Source: Octopus sinensis (Eukaryota). From it: a DNA stretch of 64,000 bases. Positions 1 to 13,404 of this stretch are shown piece after piece. A program made the position numbers and the translations under genes. Below the pieces are notes generated by a model, which was not told the DNA's origin, made no database searches, and saw only the letters and a list, made by a program, of their open reading frames with translations. The stretch covers positions 11,036,001 through 11,100,000 of the forward strand of contig NC_043008.1 in NCBI RefSeq assembly GCF_006345805.1. Direction: 5' to 3'. Position 1 is the stretch's first letter; the number at the start of each line of letters is the position of its first letter.

Positions 1-719
1 GTTCCGGTAGGTCTAGGGTTTCTAGGAGTGTGGAATCCTATCTTAGCAAATATTGTCCTGTAGAAATGACAAGTTTTCTATGACTGTACCACTGCAATCC
101 TTTAAATTTCTCTATTTAATTGAATTAATTTTACAGCAAAAACGGCAATTCATTTTTGGAATATCTCCGTCTTTGTCTCATATATTCCATGTATTACTTC
201 ACTCTCATAACAACTATTTGTATATAATATTTAAATAGATTCAAGCGTTGCATTTATGTCTACGTACACACACACATGCACACACACATATACATACATT
301 ATTATTATTATTTACTGTAGTATGGATTAGACGTGTTTTCAAACGCTCCAGTTTTGTTCAACTTAAAGCATTTATTTACACCTGTTTGGTGGGTTTATTT
401 TTGCATTTTAGCCCAAGTTGTCAAGAGAAAAACTAGTAATCTGTTACTGGTTTTCTACGGTTGTTTAGGTGCTCGAGGGACTATATTCGGCTCACCAAAT
501 AAGTTTGGTGGTTGTTTAATTAATTTAATCAAACACAATTTAATAAGTTGGGAGAGCGTGTCTTGACAACTGAACTTCCACAAATCTGGTGACTGCAGAA
601 GATTTCCCTCTCCTTCTCTCCGTTACTGGCAACAATACATGAGAAGGGGAAGAGAAAACGGAAAGAAGAAGAGTACAAAGTCCACCTTGTAGTAACAGAC
701 GTAGTAGCAGTAACAGCAA

Positions 720-1015
720 CAGCGGTAGCCGTGACAACAGCAGTGGCGGCAGCAGCAACAGCAACAGCAGCAGCAATGGCAGCAACAGTTGTAGTAGTGG
801 TAGCAACAACAACAACGAAAGAGACTGACAGCAACAGCAGCGATGGCAAGGCAACAACAGCATCAACAATAGCAAATGTGAGAGCAACACCAACAAAAAT
901 AACGCCAACATCAACAACAAGAGCAACAACAACGGCAGCAGCAACGACAGTAACAACAATAACAACAACAACGAGAACATTAGTGACAACAAAAACACGT
1001 TCGCGGCAGCAGTAG
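720..1015. repeat. Degenerate (CAG/CAA/GCA)n trinucleotide low-complexity tract
   Basis: Runs of gca/aca/caa; the overlapping ORFs are only poly-T/A/V/L strings. Confidence 0.85.
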
Positions 1016-1169
1016 CCAAAAAGGAGCAGCGCTTCACCGTGGACCTCACAAATAGAGATGAAATGTTGGCCATAGCATGGAAATTGAGTAGACAAGAAAA
1101 AAACTGGGCCAACCCAACTATTCCGTCAGAGACAATTGAAGGAGTGGAGAAAAGAACCGTACTTTTCAG

Positions 1170-1440
1170 ATGTATAGCGAGGATGACATTCCAAAAGCTG
1201 GAGCAGTTTGAATAGGTACCGATGCTGCACCCACCATATTTATCAGACATTGCCCCATCCGATTATCATTTACTCCGCAATCTTCAAATTTATTTGGACT
1301 GAACAAATATGAATTCTGTTAATGAGGTCAGAACAGTACTGGAGGAGTATTTTTCGTCACAGACAAGTGAATTTTGGAAGAGGGGCCTTGCAAGTCTACA
1401 AGAGCTTTGTAGAGAATGAAGAAGAGTATAGTTTAGATTA
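1170..1440 (+). mobile_element. Mariner transposase C-terminal remnant (dead)
   Basis: Translates ARMTFQKLEQFE*VPMLHPPYLSDIAPSDYHLLRNLQIYLD*...EVRTVLEEYFSSQTSEFWKRGLASL, then FVENEEEYSLD* after a frameshift. Matches the mariner HPPYSPDLAPSDYHLF motif; stops and a frameshift. Confidence 0.9.
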
Positions 1441-1702
1441 AAATGAATTTTATCTTGATTTTGAAAAAAAGGACTATTTGTTGCATGTTCGAATGCTGGC
1501 CATTCAAAAGAAAATCGTGCAATCACATATATGTATGTATGTACGTATGCATGTATGTATACATATACATATATACATATAAATATATATATGCATACAT
1601 ATATGCATAAATATACACATATATGCATACATATAAGCATAAATATACGCATATATATGCATGTATTCATATATGGATAAAATATAGACAATATATATAT
1701 AT

Positions 1703-1738
<36 letters not shown>

Positions 1739-2574
1739 CATATCTTTATATATATGTATATATATATACTTATATGTTTGCGTGTGTGTGTACACACATA
1801 CTCACACACACACCCACATATATATATATTAACGCATATATTATCATTCACAATTATAAAGATATTCAAATGCATATGTAAATGAATACCGACACAACTA
1901 CACATATACAGCATACGAAAAACCAGCAACTATTCCCTCCCCTACCAACACTTCTAGCAGCGTCATCATCATCAAATTATCCCCTCCATCCTCATCACAG
2001 TCCTCCAACATCGCGATTACAACTAGTTGCGGCAGCAGCGTCGGAAATGCCACCGGTTTTTCATTGGAATCAAATACTTCAATATCATAATCGCCATTGT
2101 TGACCATATCGTCTCTGTATTGCTTTCATTCCTTCAACATATAATGAAAGGATAAAATATTAATCTGAATTTGGCCAAAATACCAAACCTCTCAAATGAG
2201 ACTCATACATCAAGAATATTGGCATTTTCTTGGGTGGTTCATGTCCGGGTGTTGTCTACTTCTTCAGCGGTAACGGGGTGTATAAAATTTATGATATTTT
2301 ATAATCAATATGTATACAGACACATGCGTGCACATATATGTGAGTGTAAAAGTATCTGTTTTTATATCCATATCGTTGTGAAAGTATAAATTTTATGCTT
2401 TTCGTTACAGCGCATTAGAACATATAGGCAGATACATATACAGATATATATCTAAGTATATATATATGTGTTTCTGTGCAAACGTGTTTTATATCTGTTT
2501 AACTATCTGCCTATAGATTTGCTTATACAAACAGGAAAGTACAACTCAAAACATTAGTGTGTGTGTTTGTGTGT

Positions 2575-2662
2575 AGGCTTAGTGGTTAGGGTGTTGCAAT
2601 CACATTTGCGAGTTCATGGTTTCGATTCCCAGACGTGGCGTCGCGTTGTGTTCTTGAGCAGA
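2575..2662 (+). mobile_element. tRNA-derived SINE head fragment (family D head)
   Basis: agtggttagggtgttg...ggtttcgattcccagac...gttgtgttcttgagca; same head as the minus-strand copy near 19330-19427. Confidence 0.7.
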
Positions 2663-2664
2663 GC

Positions 2665-2803
2665 GGTATTCAACTGGTACTTATTTTATCGATTCCGGAA
2701 GGCAAAATCGACCTCGGCGGAATTTGAACTCTGAACGGAATGACAGACGAAATACGGCTAAGCATTTTGCCCGGCGTGCTAATGATTCTGCCAGCTCACC
2801 GCC
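2665..2803 (-). mobile_element. SINE family A (tRNA head, B box GAGTTCAAATTCC), 3'-partial
   Basis: Reverse complement of ggcggtgagctggcagaatc...gagttcaaattccgccgaggtcga...aagtaccagttg. Confidence 0.85.
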
Positions 2804-2967
2804 TGAGAAGACAATCTAATATTTCAAAAAATAAAAAAAAATGTATTCAACAAATATACTTTTGAAGAAATTGCTTTTAAGAAAATAAAAATACAAGAAT
2901 AAATGTCTAGCTACGGAGATGTAATAGCAGAGCAAGTGACCTGATCTGAGATTGTGTGCTAGAACGA

Positions 2968-3167
2968 AAACAATTGCAGCGTGGAAGGTGTTTATAAGCC
3001 ATTTAAGAAACACACAAAAAACGTTAGATTCACTTCAATATTTAAATTTAATTTGCCAAAATATTTTCGTCGCTTTGAGACTGAGACCTGTTCACTGACA
3101 AAATTCCGCGCTCACGTTTTTGTGTTTCTTAAATTGCTTATAAACACCTTCTACGCTGCTATTGTTT
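2968..3167. repeat. Inverted repeat, ~55 bp arms and 89 bp spacer (fold-back or MITE-like)
   Basis: 2968-3024 aaacaattgcagcgtggaaggtgtttataagccatttaagaaacacacaaaaaacgt vs 3114-3167, whose reverse complement is aaacaatagcagcgtagaaggtgtttataagcaatttaagaaacacaaaaacgt. Confidence 0.85.
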
Positions 3168-3439
3168 ACGTGTGTAATATTTAATATTTACTGCTGATAA
3201 TAGTGACTTCAAAGTTTTACAAATGGTGACTGAATAGATGTGCGTGAATTATCCAGTGTCAGTAGAGCTTCGAAGTCCTCATTAGGAAGAATTATTGAAA
3301 ATTTGATGAAGATATTTCTAAAGTATTTTCCCCCTGAGATACAATCTGATGATTCCTTCTCTTGCTAGAAATCTGAAGTAATGGAGACATAATCTAGTTT
3401 AATCATAACAACGGTGACCTCGATAAAGCCAACAATTCT

Positions 3440-3646
3440 AATAATAATCGTTTCTTATTATAGGCACGAGGCCTGAAATTTGTGGGGAGGGGGTAAGTCG
3501 ATTCCATCGACCACAGTACTCAACTGGTTCTTAATCGACCCCGAAAGGATGAAAGGCAAAGTTGAACATGGCGGGATTTGAACTCAGAACGCTAAGCATT
3601 CCGCTAAGCATTCCGTCCAGCGTTCTAACGATTCTGCCAGCTCGCC
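3440..3646 (-). mobile_element. SINE family A, tail type 2
   Basis: Same head and central domain; tail aaatttcaggcctcgtgcctataa...(att)n; internal 12-bp duplication gctaagcattcc. Confidence 0.85.
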
Positions 3647-3868
3647 ACATTAACAATACTACTGATAATAAAACAACAGCAACAATAATAAATAATAATA
3701 ACAATAATAATAATGATGATGATGATAATAATAATAATAATAATAATGATAATAATAATAATAATATAATAATACCAAGAACAGTAATAAAATATATTCA
3801 GCGATATTCTTTAGTCGCTAGTCACCTACATTAGTGATTCGCTTTCTGTTGTTATTGCACTAAGAGTG

Positions 3869-3906
<38 letters not shown>

Positions 3907-3929
3907 AATAATATATATATATATATATA

Positions 3930-3973
<44 letters not shown>

Positions 3974-6067
3974 CATGTGGGTATACGTAAGTATACAAAT
4001 TTATTCTTTTGAAATAGTGGGACGTAAAAAAGTCTTAGTTGTAATCTCCTCTGATGGTTGCTATAAATATGGACATATTTCCATAAATATTCCTTTATAT
4101 CATTAATCACATTAAATTGGTGTGTTTTTATACATGATGCCTTATCCCTAATATGTCGTTATGAACATATTTCTTGCTTCCCTGTTACATATATATACTT
4201 CTTTCTACTCTTTTATGCTATTCCGTTCTCTCTTTCCTTTGTGAATACTTGAGCTAATGCGTTTAGGTAAAAGGTTTTCGATTTTGATCCGACATCATAG
4301 GTTTGTGTAATTTTACTGTTTCGTTTTCTTGATATGTATCTAATCCTGCAACTATTTCGAAGGTTAACGTGTCTTGGTGATTCAAAAAAATGTAGGAAGC
4401 CAGCGATTGCTAGTTTGTATATGCTGTGAAATCAATAATTTATAACGTGGATGCATATGCATCAATATATTATGGATATGCATTAAGATACGATGTAACC
4501 TTCCGACGAACAGGATCGGCGTACCGTTTTCATTATTTCGTTGTATGCATTTATTTCTACATTCCTTTAAGTTATGTCCCGCTTTTTCTTGTTGTTTTAC
4601 CCAAGGTAAGCTCTAGCTGAACATATCTTTGATATAAATGTATTCCAGCTATGGTTGTCCCCCTTTTTTATTCAGATATTACGTATCTAATGTCTCCGCC
4701 CGTTTCTAAGATGACAGAGCGTAAGATGTGAGGAAATTCGCTCTATTTCACGCAGATTGAGTAACTACAGAGGTTTCCTTTCTTGGCTGGCATGCTTTCT
4801 TTTGTAAAGAATGCTCAACTAATAATAAAATTTGCATTTCTCTCGACTGCAGCGACTATTGTTCAGTTGATTAACCAGTTGAACTAGTAGTTCATTAAAT
4901 TAGCCTGTAAATAACTGTTAATTGAAAAAAGCTTAACTTAGTTATGAGGTTCAGTCTATGTGAAAAAATGCGGCAAGGATGAAGTACCTAAGTACAAAAT
5001 CTATCCGGTGGGCTTTTACAAAGTTGTCGTTACCTCACATTCACACACACATTGCTGGACTCGAGTTTATTTCAAAGGAAATTTACCCACGCGGCCTCGC
5101 TCTAGTTCCGAATCCAAAATTTGTGACTGCGAACTGAATTTCTTAAACATCTGATCTTGAGTCATATACACAATTTTGATTCAGCATAATATTTTAAACT
5201 TTACATGGAATAGTTATTTAAGATTTTTGTCTCCCATTAATAAATATTTTATAGCATTTACCATCTTCCGTAAACCAGGCCACTTCAATTCTGCAACAGG
5301 CTGATGCGACCACAGTTCATTGTCACTTTAGTTTCACTAATTCAGTGGAACTTTCTCTATTGTGCTATGCGTATTTACTGTTTTCAACTATAAGTATTTA
5401 GAGCATATGATTCAGAGAATTTCATTGGCTGGTTTTTCCTGATCACTTGAATAAAGAATACAGTGCTATGTATGTGAACCTTTCCTTTCAAGATTTGTAT
5501 TCAATACGTTCCTGCGGCTATTTTGTGGGAAATAGTGGTTAGAAATTGAACAGGGCATTTCAAAATTCCCTACTACCCAATTGTTGTACAAAAAGGGGTA
5601 CTAATATTAAGAAAGGTTACGACGAAATAAAACCTAAACAAAATGGCTTCTTTCTAGTGAAGGGTTCGTTGTAGTTAATGAATAAATACCACGTCTTATA
5701 ATCTTGTGTTAATTAAACATCTGATGAACGAAGTGACACCACTGTTCATATATCACGATTGGCATCTGTTTTACGGTTTCGTAGTTTTGACTATTTATGA
5801 CTAGAAGTTTTATGCAGACAAAATGTTTGGAACACAAGAAGTTTCAATGATTCGTTTGTTTGTCTATCACTAGATCGAATCGGTTAAATGAATTTTCTTT
5901 ATGATTAGACAAATAATTAATTGTTCTAGTTATTGTTTAACTCTTGTCCATCTCTGACCGTATACATTTATGGACGCCCTCCCCTCCACCCATGTTTCCA
6001 CATACATAGTGCGATAAATATCAAACTACGCCTTACCAAAAGATTAGTTGCTTATAACAGGTTAAAT

Positions 6068-6288
6068 GGCAGCGAGCTGGAAGTATCGTTAGAATGCCGG
6101 ACAAAATACTTAGCGGCATTTCGTCCGTATTTATGTTCTGAGTTCAAATTCTGTCGCAGTTTACTTTGCCTTTCACAATTTCGTGGTCAATAAAATAAGT
6201 ACCAGTTGAATACTGAGGTCCATATAATCGACTACCCATCACCACCGCCAAAATTTCTGGGTTTGTACTTATCACAGAAAGGGTTATG
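6068..6288 (+). mobile_element. SINE family A, tail type 2
   Basis: ggcagcgagctggaag...gagttcaaattctg...actttgcctttcac...aagtaccagttg...aaaatttctgggtttgtac. Confidence 0.8.
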
Positions 6289-6682
6289 CCATGTAGACAC
6301 TCCTTAGTTTGTCATAAATGATTTATGACCCAAATTGTGATTATATTAAATCCCGCATATTATTGGGAAATTAAATGTTGGACTTAATTCACGGAAATGA
6401 ATATTGAAAATAGTGACGTTTCGGTTCTCAGAATAAATATATAAATACTAATTGATACTGTAAGTTAGTGTTTAAAGACATGCACATTGATACCTCACTA
6501 TTCTTGAACAAGAAATACTCCACACGCTGTCTTGTAAAAGTATTGTATTAAAGAGTGATGTTTTATAAATTGTTTCACTAATCAGATATCCCTGTCTGTA
6601 TTTTTAATAACAGGATAATACAATATGATAAGATCCATAACATTTCCGAAGACATAAAAAAAGTGGTATACGTTAAGAGAAA

Positions 6683-6913
6683 GGCGGTGAGCTGGCAGAA
6701 ACGTTAGCACGCCGGGTGAAATGCTTTGCAGTATTTCGTCTGCCGCTACGTTCTGAGTTCAAATTCCACCTAGGTCGACTTTGCCTTTCATCCTTTCGGA
6801 GTCAATAAATTAAGTACCAGTTACGCACTGGGGTCGATATAATCGACTTAATCCGTTTGTCTGTCCTTGTTTATCTCCTCTGTGTTTAGCCCCTTGTGGG
6901 CAGTAAAGAAATA
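6683..6913 (+). mobile_element. SINE family A, full length, tail type 1, with 18-bp TSD
   Basis: Full head to ...agccccttgtgggcagtaaagaaata. TSD ggtatacgttaagagaaa (6665-6682) / ggtatacgttaaaaggaa (6914-6931). Confidence 0.95.
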
Positions 6914-7590
6914 GGTATACGTTAAAAGGAATGACGAATACAGGCAACCAAAGCTCTATCCCAGATTCATTTGGATGGGAGGGTACTGCCATCATCTACT
7001 GTACGTTTTGTTCTTTGATAAAGCCAAAAAATACGATTTTATTTCTTAAAACTACAAAGGCTTATCTTGAAGCAACGTCTTTCAGTTGAAAACGTAGCCT
7101 TAGGACACAAATTTGGATCAATAAAGTTCCCTACCACTGGAAGCTATATAATAGCAAATGCTTTGATTTCTAATGAAACCGCTTTTCCACAAAGGAAGTA
7201 TACAATTTAACTTAAAACTGTATTGAATTTTGTCTGAGTTTCATTATCTTGTATTTGTATTATGCAGCATTGCTTCAAATTATACATATGGAAATGCGCT
7301 CAAACTTTCACATTGCACATCTGCGCAGCATGCATATACATTCACAGATATATTTATTTACACACACACTCACAAACACGTATACACACACAAACACGTA
7401 TACACACACAAACACGTATACACACACATACGCATGATGAAATTATATATGCATACATATACATATATATATATAATATATATATGTTATATATATATAT
7501 ATACATATATATATACATATACATATATATATACGTGTGTATATACATATATATATATATATATATAACAGATAAGCACGCACGCACACA

Positions 7591-7633
<43 letters not shown>

Positions 7634-8239
7634 TATGTATATATCTATTAATGTGGCAGATTCATCTGTAGAGTGGTAGCAGCCTTGGAATGTTTAGTTA
7701 TACACCATTAAACTTAGCCTTTAAATTCGTGGATAAAAAAAACGAGAAATAGGATTATTTGGTTTGCGTTGGACTCTTGAAACTTTGATGAAATCTTAGG
7801 AGTGTCAACTTCACAAATAATATGCCCCGCTTACTCAAACGTCGTGGTATGTGTTCCCATACAGCTCAGACCTCATCATCGAATTTCCACCAGAAAGGGA
7901 CAATGTCAGAAAGAAAGAAAGAAGCATTACGTGATTAAATTTACGTTGAACTTGAGAGAATATGAACTTGCAAAAGACAGGAATGGATATATATATATAT
8001 ATATATTATATACAGTATTGTATCTGATACTTAGACATCTCTGTCTACACACTGCCTGAAGGTTTATACATAAACCGTCTGATTATACAATCGTACAAAT
8101 TTCAAGTTTTTGTGCCTCTCTTAAAAATATTACCGTTCTGAAAGAAATATATATTTTAGCGTAATACATATTTGGAGCACAAATACGTAAATACCAAAAC
8201 TTTCCTTCACCCTTGTGTCACGAATATGATATGGGTTAT

Positions 8240-8466
8240 GGCGGCGAGTTGGCAGAATCGTTAGCACGTCTGGCAAAATGCTTTGCGGCATTTCGCCCGT
8301 CGCTACGTTCTGAGTTCAAATTTCGCTGGGGTCAACTTTGCTTTTCATCCTTTTGGGTTCGATAAATTAAGTACCAGTTGAGTACTGGGGTCGATATAAT
8401 CGACTTATCCTCTATCCCCAAATTTCAGGCCTTGTGCCTATAGTATGATTATTATAAAGAAATACA
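8240..8466 (+). mobile_element. SINE family A, tail type 2, with ~14-bp TSD
   Basis: Head ggcggcgagttggcagaatc, tail cccaaatttcaggccttgtgcctatag; flanks aatatgatatgggt (from 8223) / aatatgatttgggt (from 8467). Confidence 0.9.
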
Positions 8467-8761
8467 ATATGATTTGGGTATTAATAGCTGTGAATGCGCA
8501 GATATAGACCTTCACTTATCAAAGCAACACTTCATGCTTTCGGAGAAAAAATAGCTACTACTTTTAGCGTATCAAGATAGCACAGAGACATTGGTTACAT
8601 TTTGAATGTTCTATATAAAGTGACACCATTCAAGAAATTATTGTAGAATGTATATGAAGTAGTATCTACGTTTGTCTTCTCTAAATTCTTTGTATTATGA
8701 CATCGCCAATGCCTCTAGCACCCATTCTGTTCTTCCATCTTCTTTCCACTTCTCTTAACAA

Positions 8762-9075
8762 TTTCTTCTTCTTCTTCTTCTTCTTCTTCTTCTTCTTCTT
8801 CTTCTTCTTCTTCTTCTTCTCCTTCTTCTTCTTCTTCTCCTTCTTCTCCTTCTTCTCCTTCTTCTCTTCTTCTTCTTCTTCTTCTTCTTCTTCTTCACCA
8901 CCACCACCACCACCAACACCATCATCTCACTATCATCAGCATCTCAGCATCGTCATCGTCAGCCACTCCTCCTCCTCCTCCTCCCCCTCCACCACCTCCT
9001 CCTCTTCCTCTCCGCTTCCTCCTACACTTCCTCCCGTTCAACCACCACCACCACCACCACCACCATCATCATCTG
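8762..9075. repeat. (TTC)n then (CCA)/(CCT)/(CAT)n microsatellites
   Basis: Direct reading. Confidence 0.95.
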
Positions 9076-10471
9076 TTTATTTCTTTTACTCTGCAGGATG
9101 CCAATAGAGAATCTTCCGAAATAAATCTCATTGAAACAAAACTTTTTCGCGTATATGCAAGTGCTATACATACACACACACATGCATGTATGCATACATA
9201 CACACACATACATACATACACACACACACATGCATACATACATACATACATGCATACATACATTCATACACACACATACACACATACATACATAAATACA
9301 TTCATACGTACATTGAAGCATACATCCATGTATATATATCAAATATATATTATTATATATATGATATATTATATATACATATATATGTGTATGTATGTAT
9401 ATATGTATGTGTACGTATGTATATGTGTACGAGTATATGCATATAGCCATATATATATATCTAAACATGTATACACATATACGTCTATTTCTATCTTTCT
9501 ATCTATCTAGCTTTCTACCTCTGAAGAGAGAGACCGAAAGAGTAAGAGCTAAAGAAAGAGAGATAAATACACACACAGAGATATAACCTATTTCCTTCAA
9601 CAGAATAAAACAAAAGTGAAAAATAAAAATAAAACCGATTTGTTTTGTTATGAAGAAAAGTTTAAATTTGGCATCAATACAGACCGATGAATTTCTGTTG
9701 CTGGAAGAAACGTTAAGTGAAATAATGAAATCCTCTTCTAAGCATTAGGCCGGAAGGAAATAGCGGCTTTCTCCCTGCTGTTCTTGGCCTGTGAAACAAA
9801 CGAATCATACAAGCATTGTTCATACTTAGGCTGCTGTATACAACTGATATCTATCTGTGTAGCGTGCCATATATTTGAAGCTAAAAGTTAAGGTGGTCAG
9901 AAAGAGGCAGTGGTAAATAATAAGAGTTCTAATGATGAATGACAATAGGTGTCTGATGGAAACAAAAAAACCAAAAAAAAACCCAGAAAAGCAAAAAAAA
10001 AAAAAGAAACTATTGATATATTGTAGAAAATACACACTCGAAATAAACGTATCGCCTTCCGTGACCTCTCTACCTGCTAGCTTAACAAACGCCTCTCTGT
10101 CTATGAATTACATATACTTGAATTGTGTGTACATACGCACGTGCTAATATGCATGCATACATGCATACACACACATGTATGTATATGTATATATGCATAC
10201 GCTTTGAGGTTATGTGTATGTGTGTGTGTGAGAAAGAGAGACGGGTGGAAGACAATATTCTATAACAAACGAGTGTTATATATTCTTTCAATTAACATGC
10301 ACAAATGTAGGCATATACATATCTATATATATATATATATATATATGTATATTTATATTTGTATATGTATATATATGTATATTTATATATGTATATATAT
10401 ATACATATGTATACTTATGCCTTCCTATCGACATATGCATATACCTATGCATGTAAGTCTATCTATCGACA

Positions 10472-10521
<50 letters not shown>

Positions 10522-11117
10522 CATGTACTTATATACACAAATGTACATAGATACAAACATAAACACACACACATACACACACACATATATATATATGAAT
10601 ATATAGATATATATAGATGATTTATGTATATATTATTTATGAGGTATATGTGCACTACGCAATGTTGCACGATATGCACACATGCAGGTATTCTAATGTA
10701 AATAAGACAATACGAACACAAATTCTCGTTAATATATACACCCACATATTATAGACATATGTATACTTTCACGTAGATATGGATGTCGGTAAATTTTAGG
10801 GTTACATAACTGTACTGTTGTTAAAGGTGTAGCTGGTTCCATTGTTTATCTCCGTTACTGTACAATATATACTGACATTATATATAGATTATAGGTTAAT
10901 GATATTATGTTTGTTTAATTCTATGATCTGTAATGTTTGAGAGATAAATTCTTTATATTTCACATCCATAAATAACATTTTCAATAAGGGGCTTAAAGCA
11001 AGCGTCTTAGCAGTAACTTTAAAAACACTCGAGAGATATTCCATTTCATGTGTAATAACGAAAGTAATGGACGATACTCGGTAACATCATATGAGCGTTA
11101 ATATGTAAAGCTTATAA

Positions 11118-11592
11118 GGCGGCGAGCTGGCCGAAACGTTAGCACGCCGGGCGAAATGCTTAGCGAAATTTCGTCTGTCTTTATGTTCTCAGTTCGAATT
11201 TCGCCGAGGTCGACTTTGCCTTTCATCCTTTCGGGGTCGATTAAATAAGTAGCAGTTACGCACTGGGGTCGATGTAATCGACTCAATCCGTTTGTCTGTC
11301 CTTGTTTGTCCTCTCTGTGATTAGCCCCTTGTCTGTGATTAGCCCCTTGTGGGTAGTAAAGAAATAGGTATTTCGTCTGTCTTTATGTTCGGAGTTCAAA
11401 TTCCGCCGAAGTCGACTTTGCCTTACATCCTTTCGGGGTCGATTAAATAAGTACCAGTTACGCACTGGGGTATATATAATTGACTTAATACCTGTATCTG
11501 TCCTTGTTTGTCCCCTCTGTGTTTAGCCCCTTGTGGGCAGTAAAGAAATTGGTATTTCGTCTGCCGTTACGTTCTGAGTTCGAATTCCGTCG
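11118..11592 (+). mobile_element. Head-to-tail array of three SINE A units
   Basis: Full unit to gaaata|11366; second unit restarts at internal ggtatttcgtctg (11367); third restarts at the same site (11551) and is truncated. Confidence 0.92.
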
Positions 11593-12713
11593 TTTTGTTT
11601 CTAACATTATCGAATGTCTCCACTTATTTCTAAGGCAATCTGTGAAATTTCAAGGGCGATGTTTTGTACGCATTGTAGCCTTGAAAAGGCACAGAGTGTA
11701 TAGAAGATTTTGCTGCTTTCCTATATATTTCTATGCGGCTCAATATATATTTGGGGAGCAGGTGTTATGAGCAGACGGATGAAATGTTACTTGTGACAAA
11801 CTGCACAACGCTCTCACGTTTCAAGTCGTCAGATTTTAAGAAAACAACAAATCATGTTCGGCCACACGTCTTTATTTCTTATAGCACTGAATTATTCTGA
11901 TATGTGTATACAGGTAACTAGAATATCACACGGAAACACCTCAGGATAGGTTTCAAATTTGATATTCAAAAGCAAAATGGTGAGTGCAGTATTTCAAAGA
12001 AAGTTTCTTGCTTCAACCTGCACATGATAAATTACACGTTGTCATTTCCTAATCTTTCTTTTATTCCAAGATGCAGATCGTTGAGATTTTGTAGCTAAGA
12101 AGCAATTCAATTTTCTTGAAAACGAAGCTACAGGGACTAAAACTAGCTCTGCCAATGCGAACTTGTCATATATATAAAGTAGCCTTGTCTCTTTAAATGA
12201 AATCACACATATTAAAACTAGGCAATTATTTGCTTTGGGGCTTGCATGCGATCCACGATGTCGCAGCTTACAAATTTAAAAGCATATGAACAGATAGTTG
12301 AAAGATAAGAGAAACCATTAGACTTTGAACAATACAGCTATGTTAAACATATTACAGAATCTAAAATCTGAGGGCGATAATGTTGTGGTGAAAATGTTAT
12401 GCGTTGATTTGTTCTCGAAGATTAGTTGAACATGCAGAGACTAATAAATCTTTTTCACTATCTTCAAGTATCCCGAAGCACGAATATATATTAATCAACT
12501 AATAACAATGGAAATCATGACAGTTCATTTATTCTCATATCAGTGCTACTACATACATTCATAGTTACATTGTATTCTAAGAGTCTGTGTACTTATACAT
12601 ATACACATAGAAATACACACACACACATACACACGCGCGCACACACTCACACACATACTCACATACAAACACACTCACACACACACGCAGACGAACACTC
12701 GCATGTATATACC

Positions 12714-12944
12714 TATTTCTTTATTACCCACAAGGGGCTAAACATAGAGGGGACAAACAAGGACAGACATAGGTATTATGTCGATTACATCGACCCCAGT
12801 GCGTAACTGGTTCTTAATTTATCGACTCCGAAAGGATGAAAGGCAAAGTCGACCGCGGCGGAATTTGAACTCAGAACGCAGCGGCGGACGAAATACCGCT
12901 TAGCATTTCGCCCGGCGTGCTAACGATTCTGCCAGCTCGCCGCC
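12714..12944 (-). mobile_element. SINE family A, full length, tail type 1, with 11-bp TSD
   Basis: TSD atgtatatacc at 12703-12713 and 12949-12959 (ggtatatacat on the element strand). Confidence 0.95.
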
Positions 12945-13295
12945 CTAAATGTATATACCCTTTGATGGTCACTCATTGTTGCGGTTGAGTGGATCAGCGA
13001 TCGTGAGAGCGATTCCGTCGGGAGTTCTAAAACTTTGGTAGGGCCACACATGCTGGCAATGTTGAAGACAAGGACCCAGCCTCAGAGCAACCAACCTGCC
13101 AAGACCCCAAAGTTGCACCATGCAGATGATGATTACAGCAGATCTTAAGCGTGAAGAGGGCTACACATGACGGGTCAGTGGAAGTCCGTTGCCGTTTCAT
13201 AACTACATCCTCCATGTCTCATTGGAAATGTGTCGCTGAGAAACGTCATATCATCAAGTGCATGGGTCACTTCCTGACAAGTTGAGGTGAACCTC

Positions 13296-13381
<86 letters not shown>

Positions 13382-13404
13382 TAATAATAATAATAATAAT
13401 AATA

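Noticed and set aside
529-1250. 188 and 236 aa minus-strand ORFs
   Set aside because: Products of the CAG/CAA low-complexity tract plus the antisense of a mariner relic.
3868-3965. TT/AA interruptions in long (TA)n arrays, here and at many other sites
   Set aside because: Indistinguishable from slippage or long-read errors in TA repeats.
6683-6780. tRNA-like A and B boxes in SINE heads
   Set aside because: SINE promoters, not tRNA genes; no complete cloverleaf or acceptor stem.
11118-11592. Regularly repeated units suggestive of a CRISPR or satellite array
   Set aside because: The units are ~185-250 bp SINE copies with no unique spacers, in eukaryotic DNA.
13020-13295. Unique GC-richer segment before the (TAA)n array
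   Set aside because: May be a decayed RTE 3' end, but the motifs are too weak to call.
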